Assembly: GCA_973895155.1 (NCBI GenBank)
Contig: OZ316893.1
Location: forward strand, 23,981,420-24,045,419
Length of the DNA: 64,000 bases
Source: Marsupella aquatica
Taxonomy: Eukaryota; Plantae; Marchantiophyta
Direction of reading: 5' to 3'
Below are positions 48,552 through 60,370 of the stretch, in pieces. Numbering within the stretch: the first letter of the stretch is position 1; each line of letters begins with the position of its first letter. The notes beneath the pieces are model-generated. The model was given only the letters and a program-made list of their open reading frames with translations, had not been told where the DNA came from and did no database searches. Both the position numbers and the translations under genes were made by a program.

Positions 48552-49081
48552 CAGTCCTGATGGAGCCAAAGAAGATTGATAAGATTCAACGACTTAATCA
48601 CTCAGTTTTGTAGTTTAGGAGAATACCCGATTTTGCAGAAAAGAAGCTGCTCCTCAAGTTTACGTGCAGCAGAGTGTACATTATGCCATGCCCAAGTCGT
48701 TGTCATTGGGCCAAATTTGTGAGAAGTAACGATTTTTTAGGTAAGTTGATATTCAAGCACTACCCAAAATTGTCATTTGGAGATTAGAAACCCTTTACCA
48801 CGGTAAACTGTCAGAGAATCGAACAAAAATTCTGCAATTCGAGATTTGTCCTTCACTTCATATCATGACGGAGATATTCTTCTCTAGTTGACTTGAAACT
48901 TCAGTGAATCAAGTCCCAAGTTGTAAGTTGACAAGTTCCTGCAGCTGTGCTGTTTGTGAACTCTCGGCTTGAAGTGAGGAGATGGCAATCGATGAGAGAA
49001 GTGGGTGCTCGAGAAGGCACGCAAAAAACCTGCTTCTGTATTTTTGTACTTTGAGAGGATAATGAAAGGAAAACGACCAGG

Positions 49082-50270
49082 GATGGTGCTGCCCAAGGTG
49101 TTGGCATCGGTCCTGCTTCTGTACTCACCAGCCGATGGCCTGGTTTTCATCCTCTCCGCCTTTGACTCTCAGCGCCAGTATACGAGAAGAACTTCAAGAA
49201 AGGCGGGGCGTATGTAGTCACCTCGAGGATTCTCATAGCGACATGCTTGAGTCGAGTTGCTGGCATTGTCACAAATGCTCACAGGATCACCGAGACGTGC
49301 GCGGAGGCCTTTGCTTTAGGCTACTGGCGGGCGAATAGAAAGGGTTCTTCCTGATCGGCCTCGAGCAATGCTGGCAGGATTCTCGACGAAAGAGGATTAT
49401 GAGGAGTTTGTTTCTGCGAAGGGCGCATCTCTGGCCCCGGTTCCAGCTGTGTATGAGTTCCCTTCTGGAGGAAAATCCACCTGATGTGGTTAAAATTCGG
49501 AGTCTCTGATGTCCACCCAGGAAGGGGTCCAGACGGCTATGCTGGAGGGCATGGACGCGTGCTTGAAGCAGCGTCAGAAGACCAATAAATTGTTTTCGAG
49601 GAATTGACAGTCGAGAACGCTCTGTTCAAGTCGTTTGATGAGATTATCAGACGGCAATTGGAACCGATTTGGCACACTGGGGAGAAAAACCAATACAGCT
49701 CGTGCGTGACTTGAATACTCTTCGAAATCTCGCCGAGCACCTGCTTCGGTACGATGCCGTCACTTTCCTGAAATGCCTCGATGCTTAACGCATTTTTGGA
49801 AGTGGGGAGGTCCGTTTCTTCCGCAGTTCACACCTGTCATTGGAGACAGGCTTCTTGGAGGGAAACTCCGAGAGAAGTTACAAGCTCAATTCGTTTTTAG
49901 AAAATGTGAAGGGGATATTTTTTTATTCAACACCGCATCACGGGATTGCGAACAACGTAGCTGAACATTTTGTGGATAAAGGTTTACGCATGCTCAACAT
50001 AGTTCTCCATCTATAGTATGAATCGAATGACAGCAGCTTTCGGAAGTGCAGCGTTAGATTTTGAGTATTGAATGGGGTTTTCCAGCAAGCACAGAAGTGT
50101 GAAAATAGAGTGAATGTACTGGACTTGACTGGAAATGCGGTCGTCAAGGACACTGACAGCAATGCAGAGACTCGAAAGGGACAAGAGTGGTGCCACTGCA
50201 AACAGCATCGGAGAGAGACCCAAGGAGTTGGGCTGGAAGTGGTGGTGGAAGAAATGCAGAAATGGACAAC
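49082..50270 (+). pseudogene. UVH1: XPF/ERCC4 (UVH1/RAD1) DNA repair endonuclease N-terminal fragment, frameshifted
   Basis: Translated pieces follow the plant XPF order: PKVLASVLLLYSP, VVTSRILI, NAHRITETCAEAF, DRPRAMLAGF, IMRSLFLRRAHLWPRFQL, PPDVV, MDACLK, ELTVENALFKSFDEIIRRQLEPIWHT, LLRYDAVTFLK, LEVVVEEMQKW. Multiple frameshifts and a stop; I saw no nuclease domain. Confidence 0.9.
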
Positions 50271-51032
50271 AAATTTTTGGCGTAGAGGGTTAAGCTAGGA
50301 TGTGTAACTTTGTTATTCTGTTTTGCGTTTGGCTGGTCTAAATTTCATATGCCAAAGAATGTAGAGAGCGTTTACAATGGTCTGCAAGTGTCATGTTTAA
50401 TTCTTCCGGTATGGTGTGCAAAGGGCTCTTGGAGTCATTGGATATGGGAAATGCAGCAGGGATCGGTCTTTTCCAAAAAAAGGGGAAATGCAGCTGAGAT
50501 TGGTCTTTTCCAACACGACTGTCGTTCCATCAAACAGAGTTCTCAAACAGACATGTATCGCCATCGTTCGACTCCTTGTATATAGATACTAACTTATTGG
50601 GTAAAACTGGGGGGACAATTGTTGTCACAATGAACATGCGGTTTAATAAAGCAGGATTCGTTGTCAAATTGCTCTTTGCGATGTGCCCTTTCATTGGTCA
50701 GCTTCTGACGTTCAATTACCGTGCAACTTGTCCCAGAGATCATGTGGCAGTGAGTCTCTTTCCCTCCTTATTGAGGTTTCGTGCCAAGATTTGGACTGAC
50801 ATGATTGACAACCTTCCGTCAATTTTGAATAAGAAAAAGCAAATCAGGAGATATTTCGTATCTTAGGTTTTTGCCCGCCGAGCTCCTTCGACTTCAATTA
50901 CTGTTCTTCGTCAAGTTTGTGCTTAATACTACAGAAAGCCAAAAGGGTTTCAATCAATGTTTACTCGTCGTGACTACAACAATAAACAGTTGTGGAAGGA
51001 CCCGTTTTTGTAACCGTGCAGAATGAACTTGC

Positions 51033-51152
51033 AGTCAGACCCAACACATCATTCAAATTCACTAAGTGCCAAGTCAGACCCAACCCATCATTCAAATTCA
51101 CTAAGTGCCAAGTCAGACCCAACACATCATTCAAATTCACTAAGTGCCAAGT
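51033..51152. repeat. 39-bp tandem repeat x3
   Basis: AGTCAGACCCAAC(A/C)CATCATTCAAATTCACTAAGTGCCA at 51033, 51072 and 51111. Confidence 0.95.
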
Positions 51153-52215
51153 TCGGATTTTGCCCGCGAAAAAGCATTTGAATCTGGAGCGAATGAGCTA
51201 TGTATTCTTGATTTCTGCTAACAAAAATACTCTCCTACACTACAACTTTCCATGGCTAAACCGTCATGAAGCTCGTAAGCAACAGTCTTCTGCACTTTCA
51301 GTATTCCTGGACTCGAAACCCCGTGTCCTGCAGAAGATTACTGCAGGATGACCAAAGTTTGTCCATTAGGCTTTCAGCATATGACTCGCCCTGAAAGGAA
51401 GCCTCACACGTTTTTGAGAACTTGCGGTCACTCCAGCCTTGCCAAGTGTTTGAAGGTGAAGTCTCCGATACAGCCAAGGACAAGAACCCAGATTCTATGG
51501 TTAAAAACAATGTTGAAATGTCCCAACGTGGGCTACCATGAGCACCCAGTTACATGGAAATCGAGAGGATGTGACAAGTGATTGAACTTGTTCAAACTGC
51601 TATATTTGAACCAAAGAAGCTTGCCCGAACATTCCTGCCGTTCAAAAACATTTCCTTTGAAGTGTTGGAGCAAAAATGCCACATGTTGCAAAAACTGCCA
51701 ACGTCTCTGTCGGTGGGCACTCCACTGTCACTTATGGCATAATGCCAGCGCATTCTTTCTGAAGTAAAAATAAAAAACTTGAAGGTGAGAGACACGACCC
51801 CTCCACCCAATCACACTGAAAACTGCAAGAGAAACAATTTCGGGGCCAAGACACCCTCTAAGAGGACTGACTGCATATTACCAAATCTATCGCACGCAAA
51901 CATAACATCTCCATCACTCGGCAAATGGTAACTACATTCATCAAGCAGGAAAAAGTCATATACAGGACCCCTTCAAGCCTTTGGCCATTCCAAAGGCCCT
52001 GCCTTGAATTGATGACATCATCAGATTTGAAAATAAATCTGAAATGAGAGGAAGACCATCCATCCGATGTCTGGTGAATGAGTAGCCATTTGTCTGTCTG
52101 CGTGTCTCCCCCATTATTGTCGTTGCACTCTCGATACCCAGAACATTATCTAATTAAGAGGACAACAAAAACCTAGCATAATAATACCTCTCGAGCAAGA
52201 ATGGTCCTCTTTCCA

Positions 52216-54328
52216 TCAATATCGTCCAGCAAATGTTCCACTTTCTCGTTGTTCGTTCCATTTGTCAATCTGCAATGACATATATGCAAATATGTAAACG
52301 ATTGACATATTAAAAGTGTCGCGTAATAATTTCAACTTTTACTTTAATGGCAGGAACAGCAACATGTCCCTTCACATGAAAATAAAATACCCTCAACGAC
52401 TTGGCCAACTAAATAACATCACTCACCCATTCCCCGGGGCAAAGGGACCTATAGTATCTGGCATACTTTGCACATTCAGGGGCATCTTCCCCCTTGTCCG
52501 CAATACACCTGCATGCATACGCGTGGCGAATGAGATCCACGCAAGATCAAATAGCACAGATGCCCAACAAACATCTCATTCTAGGTGACAACGTGGGAGA
52601 ATTATTGATGACTTGATTTACTGCAGTCTACAATTAATGTGCAAAGCATTTGTGACCTTCTTACTTGTGATACTCATTGTAACGAGTGTAGCAATGCTTT
52701 GCTTGGTTAGTAGTTGGAAAGCGATAGTCCATCGGTGCAGTCTTCACATCATCGACCTAATCAATATCGATAGGTCAAGGGTTACAAATGAGCTATTTAA
52801 ATCGTAATGTACCCTGAGCATACAGACTAACAAGACGGGCAAGCAAAGAGATCATCATTCACCAAACTTGACTGCCCCTACTACTACACTGGTAGCCTAC
52901 TGGATTATGTTCGTCCACCTCAGGATCTAGAGAGATGGGGAAAAAAGCGACCGCAGAAAATACAGCATCGAAACTGAATTCATTCATGAGGACTTTCTCC
53001 TAATGAATCGCCTGACCGAATCATTAAAGACCTTGTTATTTGATTGAATTTTCCTTGGAGGTTTGCCTTGAGAAGTGCAGACGATTTAACTGTGTCAACA
53101 TATAAAAATGAAAGTTCATGGTGGCTCGAAATGCTTACCGTGACCTTGGCCTGCATTTCCTCCTCTTCCGCTTCTCCTTCTCCTTCTCCTTCTCCTTCTC
53201 CTTCCTCTTCTTCTTCTTTTTTCCCTTCGGCTAACTCTTGCCCTTCTTCCTCCTCCTTCTCCTTGTCCGTGGCCTCTCCTCCTACTTCCTTTTGTTCTTC
53301 CTCCAGACTCTCAGCATCAGCAAGTTCTTTACCCTGATTGTTCCAGTTACCAGAGAAGAAGTTAGGCCAAAGTAGACACATAAAAGAAACTCTCTTCCCA
53401 CAGCCCAGTACCAAACAAGTTCTCTTCACAAAAATAACACTGAAGAAGGGACACAACAACCATTTACAGTCTTAAAAAATTCGACCCCAGGCACTGATAT
53501 TCACCCTATCTTCATGAAAGTACTCTCCAATTGGCAGAAATGATTGAGCCATTGCTAGCAACGTAAAGCAGTTTACGACACAATTTACATGAAATCAAAC
53601 AAGAGCTTCCACCCTTGTCACAACTACGACAATCGGAAGCCTCATTTAACTCCCATGACGCCCGCACCCCAAAAGGAACCTTATTTCCCGTATTGTGTGG
53701 TATTCTCTCAATTGCTCAACCACAATCAATACACTGGCACCCTCACAACCAGGAATAAGGTCAAGAAGCATGTCCATACAGAACCCGATTCTACCAGTAG
53801 TGAATAAATCAACAGACCGTCAACAAATCACTCGCCTCCCAATTAGGTCACTAGATTTTCGCACATCTAGCAAAAAGGGCACGGATTCGCAGTAAGATTG
53901 GCCTTTAATACTCTTCGAAGCAATCGCTTCTTCTCCAACAAATCACTCTCTTTCCCAGTTAGGTCACTAGATTTCCCCACATCAGAAGGGCATCCATTCG
54001 ACGATGGAGGGGCCTTTCATGCGCTCGAAAGCAATCTCTTATTCTCCAACAAATCACTGTCCTTCACAGTAAGGTCACTAGATTTCCCGACATAGAGGCC
54101 AAAAGGAATGGCTGCGAAGAAGGAGGGTCCTTTTATACTCTCAGAAGCAGCAGAAGCGCCTAGAAATCCAATCCCATTCCACAGTTCCTGCCAGCCTGAG
54201 CAGTACAGCCCAAGGCCCAATCGAAAATAGCAGCGACCCAAAACCAAACAACGCACCTGTTCGGGTTGCTGCTCCGGCTCCTCATACACTGTGGCAGCGC
54301 CCTCCGCCAGCGCGATATTGTTTCCCAT
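52216..54328 (-). CDS. COX6B: Cytochrome c oxidase subunit 6b, long isoform with Glu-rich N-terminal extension (about 164 aa)
   Basis: Exons 54328-54257, 53333-53139, 52756-52665, 52508-52427 and 52269-52216 splice in phase to ...KTAPMDYRFPTTNQAKHCYTRYNEYHKCIADKGEDAPECAKYARYYRSLCPGEWIDKWNEQRESGTFAGRY* (four conserved Cys). The conserved exons are missing from the ORF track. Confidence 0.95.
53821..54150. repeat. ~110-115-bp diverged tandem repeat x3 in COX6B intron 1
   Basis: CAACAAATCACT...AGGTCACTAGATTT recurs at about 53821, 53936 and 54046. Confidence 0.85.
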
Positions 54329-55190
54329 CTTCGCCGACTCGCGACCCGTCTCTTCTGATGAGCGAATCAATCAATGAATCAATCAATTTGCAATGGTGAG
54401 GATCAAAACATCATCGATGATCGGACAAGACCGAAACAACAGTAGAACTGTGGGCAGCAAAGAAAAAAAGCTTCCGATGGGTAAGGAAAACACGTACAAG
54501 AATCCGCAGTGGTGCTGAGAATTGCTCTGCTACTGCTTCTTCGTCTATTACTCCTCCAGATCTCGACTCGACTCGACTCGTCTCGTCTCGTGCGTTTGAT
54601 CTGTCTGGCTCTTCGTGTCTCGTGTTTTGCTCGCGTTTTTTTCGTAGATCTTGCTCTTCGATGGATCAGCGTGCGTGTTGCTGGACATTGACTCGGGTTA
54701 GCCTTGCCACCATGACTTGGGTTATATTGTTACCGTAGTGCCATCCCACCATTCCCGTTAGCACAAAAAATAATTGCAGTTTTTTACTACATGGACACTA
54801 TAGATATACTGTAGATGTTCTAATTTACACCACTATTTTTATTGTATTTACATATATGCCACAATTTTAGCATATTCACACCTTAGTTACTTTCTTGAAA
54901 GTGAAAATATCTCATAGATCTTAAATATTTTAATGTATGCTAACAGAGCATTATGGACCACATTAGCCTCTCAAAACGCAAACTGAAGGCCCTTATTTTC
55001 TTGTTCATTATGAATAAGATTGCAAAATCACATTTGGAAGAGGTAATTAATTTCTCCTATATTTTCACTAAAATTTGTAAAACTATCTTATCAGAATAAT
55101 CTGTGATACCATAGCATTTTGGACCACAATAGACTCTCATAACTTGAGTTAAAGCTAATATTACATACATTTGTTTACTCAAACAAGGCC

Positions 55191-55304
55191 AAAGAAATGT
55201 ACCCAGGGGGTCCAGGAACTAATTAACATTTCTCTGTGGAGTTTGCTAAAGAAATGTACCCAGGGGGTCCACAAACTAATTCACATTTCTCTGTGGAGTT
55301 TGCT
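55191..55304. repeat. 57-bp tandem duplication
   Basis: AAAGAAATGTACCCAGGGGGTCCA...TTCTCTGTGGAGTTTGCT occurs twice. Confidence 0.9.
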
Positions 55305-56323
55305 TTTCTGGGTGTTGCGCTTGGGTGACCTGGGTCAGATGCATGTTGTGTCTGGCTTTTCGTTTTACGTCACATGTAGTTTTTGAGTCTTCATCCTCCT
55401 CAGCCACATTTCCTTTGTAGGCCTGGAGCTTCTGTATAGTGCTCTTAGGTACCAGTATTAGATTGTGTGACTCGTTGCCTTTGGCATCTTTTAGTCGGGT
55501 TATTTGGCAGAGGCAAGGGAGGTTTGCCTTGCAATGGCTCTGGCAAGTAAAACGAGGGTTTCAAAAAGTACTCCACTTACATCACAATACTTCGGGCATC
55601 TCCACCTACCGTAGCACCAGACAATGAGGCATGGGGACGATAGCTTCATATACGTCACCCATAAAACTGTCAAGCTCTAGCAAATACACATAAATTTTGC
55701 AGAAACTTGCCGTAGTCAGCTATATCAATACTTGGTCATCATCATTTTCGATGGTAATCGGCAATCAACAATACACTTTGGAGATGCTACAGTAGTAGTT
55801 GCAGCTCCAAAAATTCAAATACAAAATGTTGTTGGGCCCTTCCTGTTCAACGTATGTTGCTACCATTGGTAATCCTGCTCCGGCTTCCTTCCGTCAAGCA
55901 AGAGCAATCTTCTCTGTTTAGGTATTCTTTCTGTCTCCGCTCTTTCAAGCAGTTCGGGCTTAGTTTCTGCTTCCGTTCTTTTAACACAATTTCCATTTTG
56001 ATTTCATACCAAAATATGCCAAAGCAATCTGCTTAGTACCAAAAGTGTCATTGACAATTACTCTACTCCGTGGAATAATACAGTTGGATACTAAACTTCT
56101 CAAAATTACATCAGACCACAATCAGATTGAATAACATCTGCTCTGCAAAATATGAATGCACAGTTTACAATATACAATGTGGAGACCTTGGAAGTCCTGA
56201 ATTGACCACAATTGATAATAAACAAGCAGCTAGAACTAACTTCGAGCAAGTAACATTTCTAAATCTCACTGATTGAACAAAGACTAGAATCTCATTACTT
56301 GCAGGAGTGACGACGTTGATTAA

Positions 56324-57241
56324 TCAGTTGTAAAACGCATTCATGAGCTGCTGAAAAAGACCATAGGTCCGGATCCCCGTGTCTGTGTATTGTCCAATAT
56401 CCCCAGATACACCGTCCAGCCCGGCAGCATTCAGAACATAATCTTGAGCTACATTCTGGGCAGGGCTCACAACAAAGTTGCTGACAGCATCTTTCAGGAA
56501 GTGCGCACCAACCTGCTTCAGACCAATAACAATGGCCAACACAGCTGTCCAGTCTACTCCTGGGGCAATGTCAATCATTAACTCCGACCCTGCTCCAAAT
56601 GAAGCATTCATAATCATAGTCTTGAGGGACTTCTGTATGAACGCAATCCGTTCTTCCTTCTCGTTGACCAGCTGCATAGTTCTACCGGCCAAATCCACTA
56701 GAATTGTGTAAACGTCCTCCTCTGTATCTCCTCTGCAAACCACTAGGTTGTGTCTTACGGACATAGACTTCAGCCTGGACTGCTTAGCTATGTTGAAGTG
56801 TATGGTCCCCTGGGAATCCAGAATGAGCTGCCTGCCATGCATGGACATGTTCTTGGGTCGCACCTTAAAATTGGGCATGCCCCTGTAACCTGAGACATGA
56901 CAAATGGACTCCCACTCCCCCAGAATGTGAGTATTCTGCCACCAGGTGCTCTCCCCTGAAAGACCTAACGGATCCAATGAACCGTAAGGATTCTTGCCAT
57001 AGTGATGGGAACAAAGCACCAAATGTCCACTTGCATCAAAAATCCTATTATCATCGGCAGACAAGTGGGCCTTCTTGAAGATGAACCTGCTCTCTCTATT
57101 GAGAAATTGGCCTCCCAGGGACAGTCCAACTCCTGGTTGTTGGGGAACAAGCGGTGCTAACGGTGGGCCCACTGCAAGCTCGATGACGAAATTGGGATCA
57201 TTAATTTTTGATAGCTCCGACGGTCTACCTGCATTCGCCAT
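56324..57241 (-). CDS. LURP-one-related / Tubby C-terminal-like (scramblase fold) protein, 305 aa
   Basis: Intronless ORF with FIFKK..LSADDNRIFDASG at the domain start, RPKNMSMHGRQ, and the IDIAPGVDWTAVLAIVI terminal-helix motif typical of the LOR family. Confidence 0.75.
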   Translation of the reverse strand: MANAGRPSELSKINDPNFVIELAVGPPLAPLVPQQPGVGLSLGGQFLNRESRFIFKKAHLSADDNRIFDASGHLVLCSHHYGKNPYGSLDPLGLSGESTWWQNTHILGEWESICHVSGYRGMPNFKVRPKNMSMHGRQLILDSQGTIHFNIAKQSRLKSMSVRHNLVVCRGDTEEDVYTILVDLAGRTMQLVNEKEERIAFIQKSLKTMIMNASFGAGSELMIDIAPGVDWTAVLAIVIGLKQVGAHFLKDAVSNFVVSPAQNVAQDYVLNAAGLDGVSGDIGQYTDTGIRTYGLFQQLMNAFYN

Positions 57242-57403
57242 CGCTCAGACTACTACCAATTTGCCTTTAATCTGAAATACAGAAAGGCAGTCAATCACAC
57301 TGCACATCATCAATAAAAATCCATCGCTCAGACTACTACCAATTTGCCTTTAATCTGAAATACAGAAAGGCAGACAATCACACTGCACATCATCAATAAA
57401 AAT
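57238..57403. repeat. 83-bp near-perfect tandem duplication covering the 3' splice site and start codon of the LOR-like gene
   Basis: 57238-57320 and 57321-57403 differ at 1 base. Confidence 0.95.
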
Positions 57404-58903
57404 TGAAACACAGATGAAGAGCACTACAACATTGACTCAGGTCTGTTATTTCTGTTTCCGCTCACATGTCTTCCCCCTGCTTCCGAGAAACCATGTAGAA
57501 GCTGGTCGTTAAATAGTACGCCTCTTAGGCATCTCCTCCGTTGCTCGCACTGCTTAACTGAGTCTCCACTTACGAGATAATAAACAAGCGTAATGGCAGG
57601 CATCGACTATAGTCATTCAATCCTCACTACCCAACGTAACCCAGGCAATGTTCCTTGACCACATGCCTGGGGACGACACATTTCTGTCCGGTAATGTCTT
57701 ACAGAACCTTGATCACTTGCTAGCTCTGGCGATGATCAACTGGTCAACAGATCAGTTGACGATCACCCTAGCTAGCAACTCGTGACAAGCCATGTGGTCA
57801 AGGAACTTCTTCCATGCAATCAAGAAGAAGTCACGATTGCCAATAATCAAACTTTCAAATTGGATAACCCATATCAAACGGAGAACAGATCTGGTTTCTT
57901 CCAAACTTGTCCGGGACTCAAACCGACCTAGTCAGGAAGTCAAGCAAGCAAGCCTTGCCTAACGGTTACCCCACAACCAAGTAACAAGAGGAGGTCCTTT
58001 CCACAAAGCATGAACTCCTGATCACCTATCTAAAATTGTAAACCTTCTCGGGACAGGACCCGCATGAAGACCCCTCCCTGGAAACCGTCCGACAGGATAA
58101 AACCTTCCTCTAACGTCCTGAAAGACCGTGCAGGGCTTGACTCCCAGACCTACAGTACACTTTAAAATGAAATGGTGATCCGGTGATACCCAGGGACAAA
58201 GAAGCGGAGGCCCCCGAAGCACGCAAAAGTGGGCACACAGACAGCAGAAGGCCCCAAATCCACAATCACAGAGCAAGAAAGCAGCATTGTCTTCTTCACC
58301 CAACAGGATACATTAATTCTTGATCTGGAAGATTCTCACCTGCCAAGAGGATGGCACAGGCTGCTCCACCAATTGATCTTCTCCGGGCAAACGAGTAGAA
58401 AACTTTTCGACAGCGCATGCGCTCACCTCTAAGCTTTGGCAAGCCGAACGCAAAGCTCAATGCCCAATCTCACAATTAATTCCGTGACGACAAAGTATGG
58501 ACGGACGCTGAAGCTTTATAAACTGGATTCCTCAGACAGCTTGACGTGGTTACTCTTATGGTTCCAAACACAGCCACAGAATCGATTCACAATCGTAGTG
58601 AAATAATGTCAGCCACACAGAACGTAAACTTGTTGTGGAGGAATGACTCTAAATCGAGGGTACTGCGAAAGCTTTTTTTACTTTCTTCCCACGCATTCAA
58701 TCAGTGACCAGGCAAATTCTTCCCGATCGGCTGTCCAACCCCAGCTCTAGCTAGGGACGAACTGTGGGGCCTGAGTGCTGAGTTGCTGACAGTCGTCCTG
58801 GACTTCCCAGCCTCCCAGGACATCACGTCTGTCATCTGCCGTGTCTCTCGCCGTCTCCCTCGCACGTCCGTGTCGGCAATGGGAGCGCAAGTGGCCACCA
58901 CGA

Positions 58904-59525
58904 TGGAACCCGGTATCCTTTCTGGCGAATAGGCGAGACTGCTTCGAATGAGACCCCCAATATATTTGCATGGAACCCCGTAACTCTATAGCGAATAGAC
59001 GAGACTGCTTCGGATGAGACCCCCAAGAAAATTACATGGAACCCTGTAACTCTCTGGCGAATAGGCGACGCTGCTTGAGGTGAGACCCCCAATCATTTCA
59101 CATACCCGGTATTCTTTCTGGAGAACAAGAGAGACTGCTCTGGTGGGAGACCCCCAAGAAAATTACACGGAACCGGTGTCTTTTCTGGCAAATAGGCGAG
59201 AGTACTTTTGGGGGAGCACATACCCCGTATTCTTTCTGGCGAACAGGAGATACTGCTCTGGTGGGAGGCCCCCAAGCAAATTACATGGAATTGGTAACTT
59301 TCTGGCAAATGGGCAAGACTGCTGTGGGTGAGAACCCCACGCAAATCGCATGGAACCTGGTATTCTTTCTAGCGAATAGGCGAGACTGCTTGGTGGGAGA
59401 CCCCCAAGAAAATTACAAGGAACCGGGGTCCTTTCTGGCAATAGGCTAGACTACTTTGGGTGAGACCCCCAAGCTCATCACATACAACCCGGTATCGTTT
59501 CTGGCAAAAAGGTGAGAGACCCCAC
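58904..59525. repeat. ~65-bp diverged minisatellite, about 10 copies
   Basis: Consensus TGGAACCCGGTATTCTTTCTGGCGAATAGGCGAGACTGCTT..TGAGACCCCCAAGAAAATTACA, head-to-tail with no unique spacers. Confidence 0.9.
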
Positions 59526-59919
59526 TTCATAATTCATGCAGATGTTCTTTAATTACGGACCCCCATTAGGGATCTCTTGCAAATTCTCTACCATGAGGTT
59601 GCGTCACATCACCACAACCAGCCACAAACAGGAATGATCCTACTTTTAACAAAAACAAACATGCACATTCCTGTTTGTGGCAGAAGCAACGTAATTTTTT
59701 GGGCGCCATGCTGTAAATATTAACGTAAGAAAAACCAAAATACAAAGGAATAGATGTCATTTAGTAAAACAAAGTTACTATTTTGATGTTTGTCAAAGAT
59801 ATATCAGTGTTTTATATCAAAATGGTTGTATTTTTTAATTGTTTACAAGTTTGAAAAAACCAATGGATAGAAATGTACATAGTTAAAACCCCTTTGGCTT
59901 CACATTGTAAAACTAAATA

Positions 59920-60370
59920 ATAAATCTCGTTAGTACTTGATAAAATCTGCCAATGGTTGATTCATTGGAAAACTCAAGATAAAGATTTAAAAACTCGTGA
60001 CCTCTTTAGTAATGTCTTGATAAAATCTCTCAATGTCACACTCATTGGAAAGCTAGAGTAACTCATCATCTCCTTAGTACTTGACAAAATCTATCAATGT
60101 TAGGTTCATTGGCAAGCTACATGATCTCTCTATTTCTTGACAAATAATCTCAATGTCACACATTAGAAAGCTAAAGAGACTGAAAACCTCCTGATCTCTT
60201 TAGTACCGTGACAAAATCTGACATGAAATTAGTCAATGTTGGAAAGCTAAAAGAATTCATGAACTCATGATCAAAATTTCTTATACTCACACTCATTAGA
60301 AAGGCAAAGAAATTCAAAAACTCATATGGAACTTGACAAAATTTGTTAATGTGAGGCTCATTGGAAACCT
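59920..60370. repeat. Degenerate AT-rich tandem repeat array
   Basis: Recurrent TAGTACTTGA.AAAATCT..CAATG...TCATTGGAAAGCT motifs, about 6-7 units. Confidence 0.7.

Noticed and set aside
53541-53560. TGATTGAGCC, matching the start of miR171
   Set aside because: Only 10 nt match and no hairpin partner is visible.
58160-58290. Minus-strand 41-codon ORF (MLLSCSVIVDLGPSAVCVPTFACFGGLRFFVPG...) as a conserved-peptide uORF of the LOR-like gene
   Set aside because: I cannot match it to a known CPuORF or show that it lies in the transcript.
58904-59525. CRISPR-like array
   Set aside because: Units are similar along their whole length with no unique spacers, there are no cas genes, and the context is eukaryotic.
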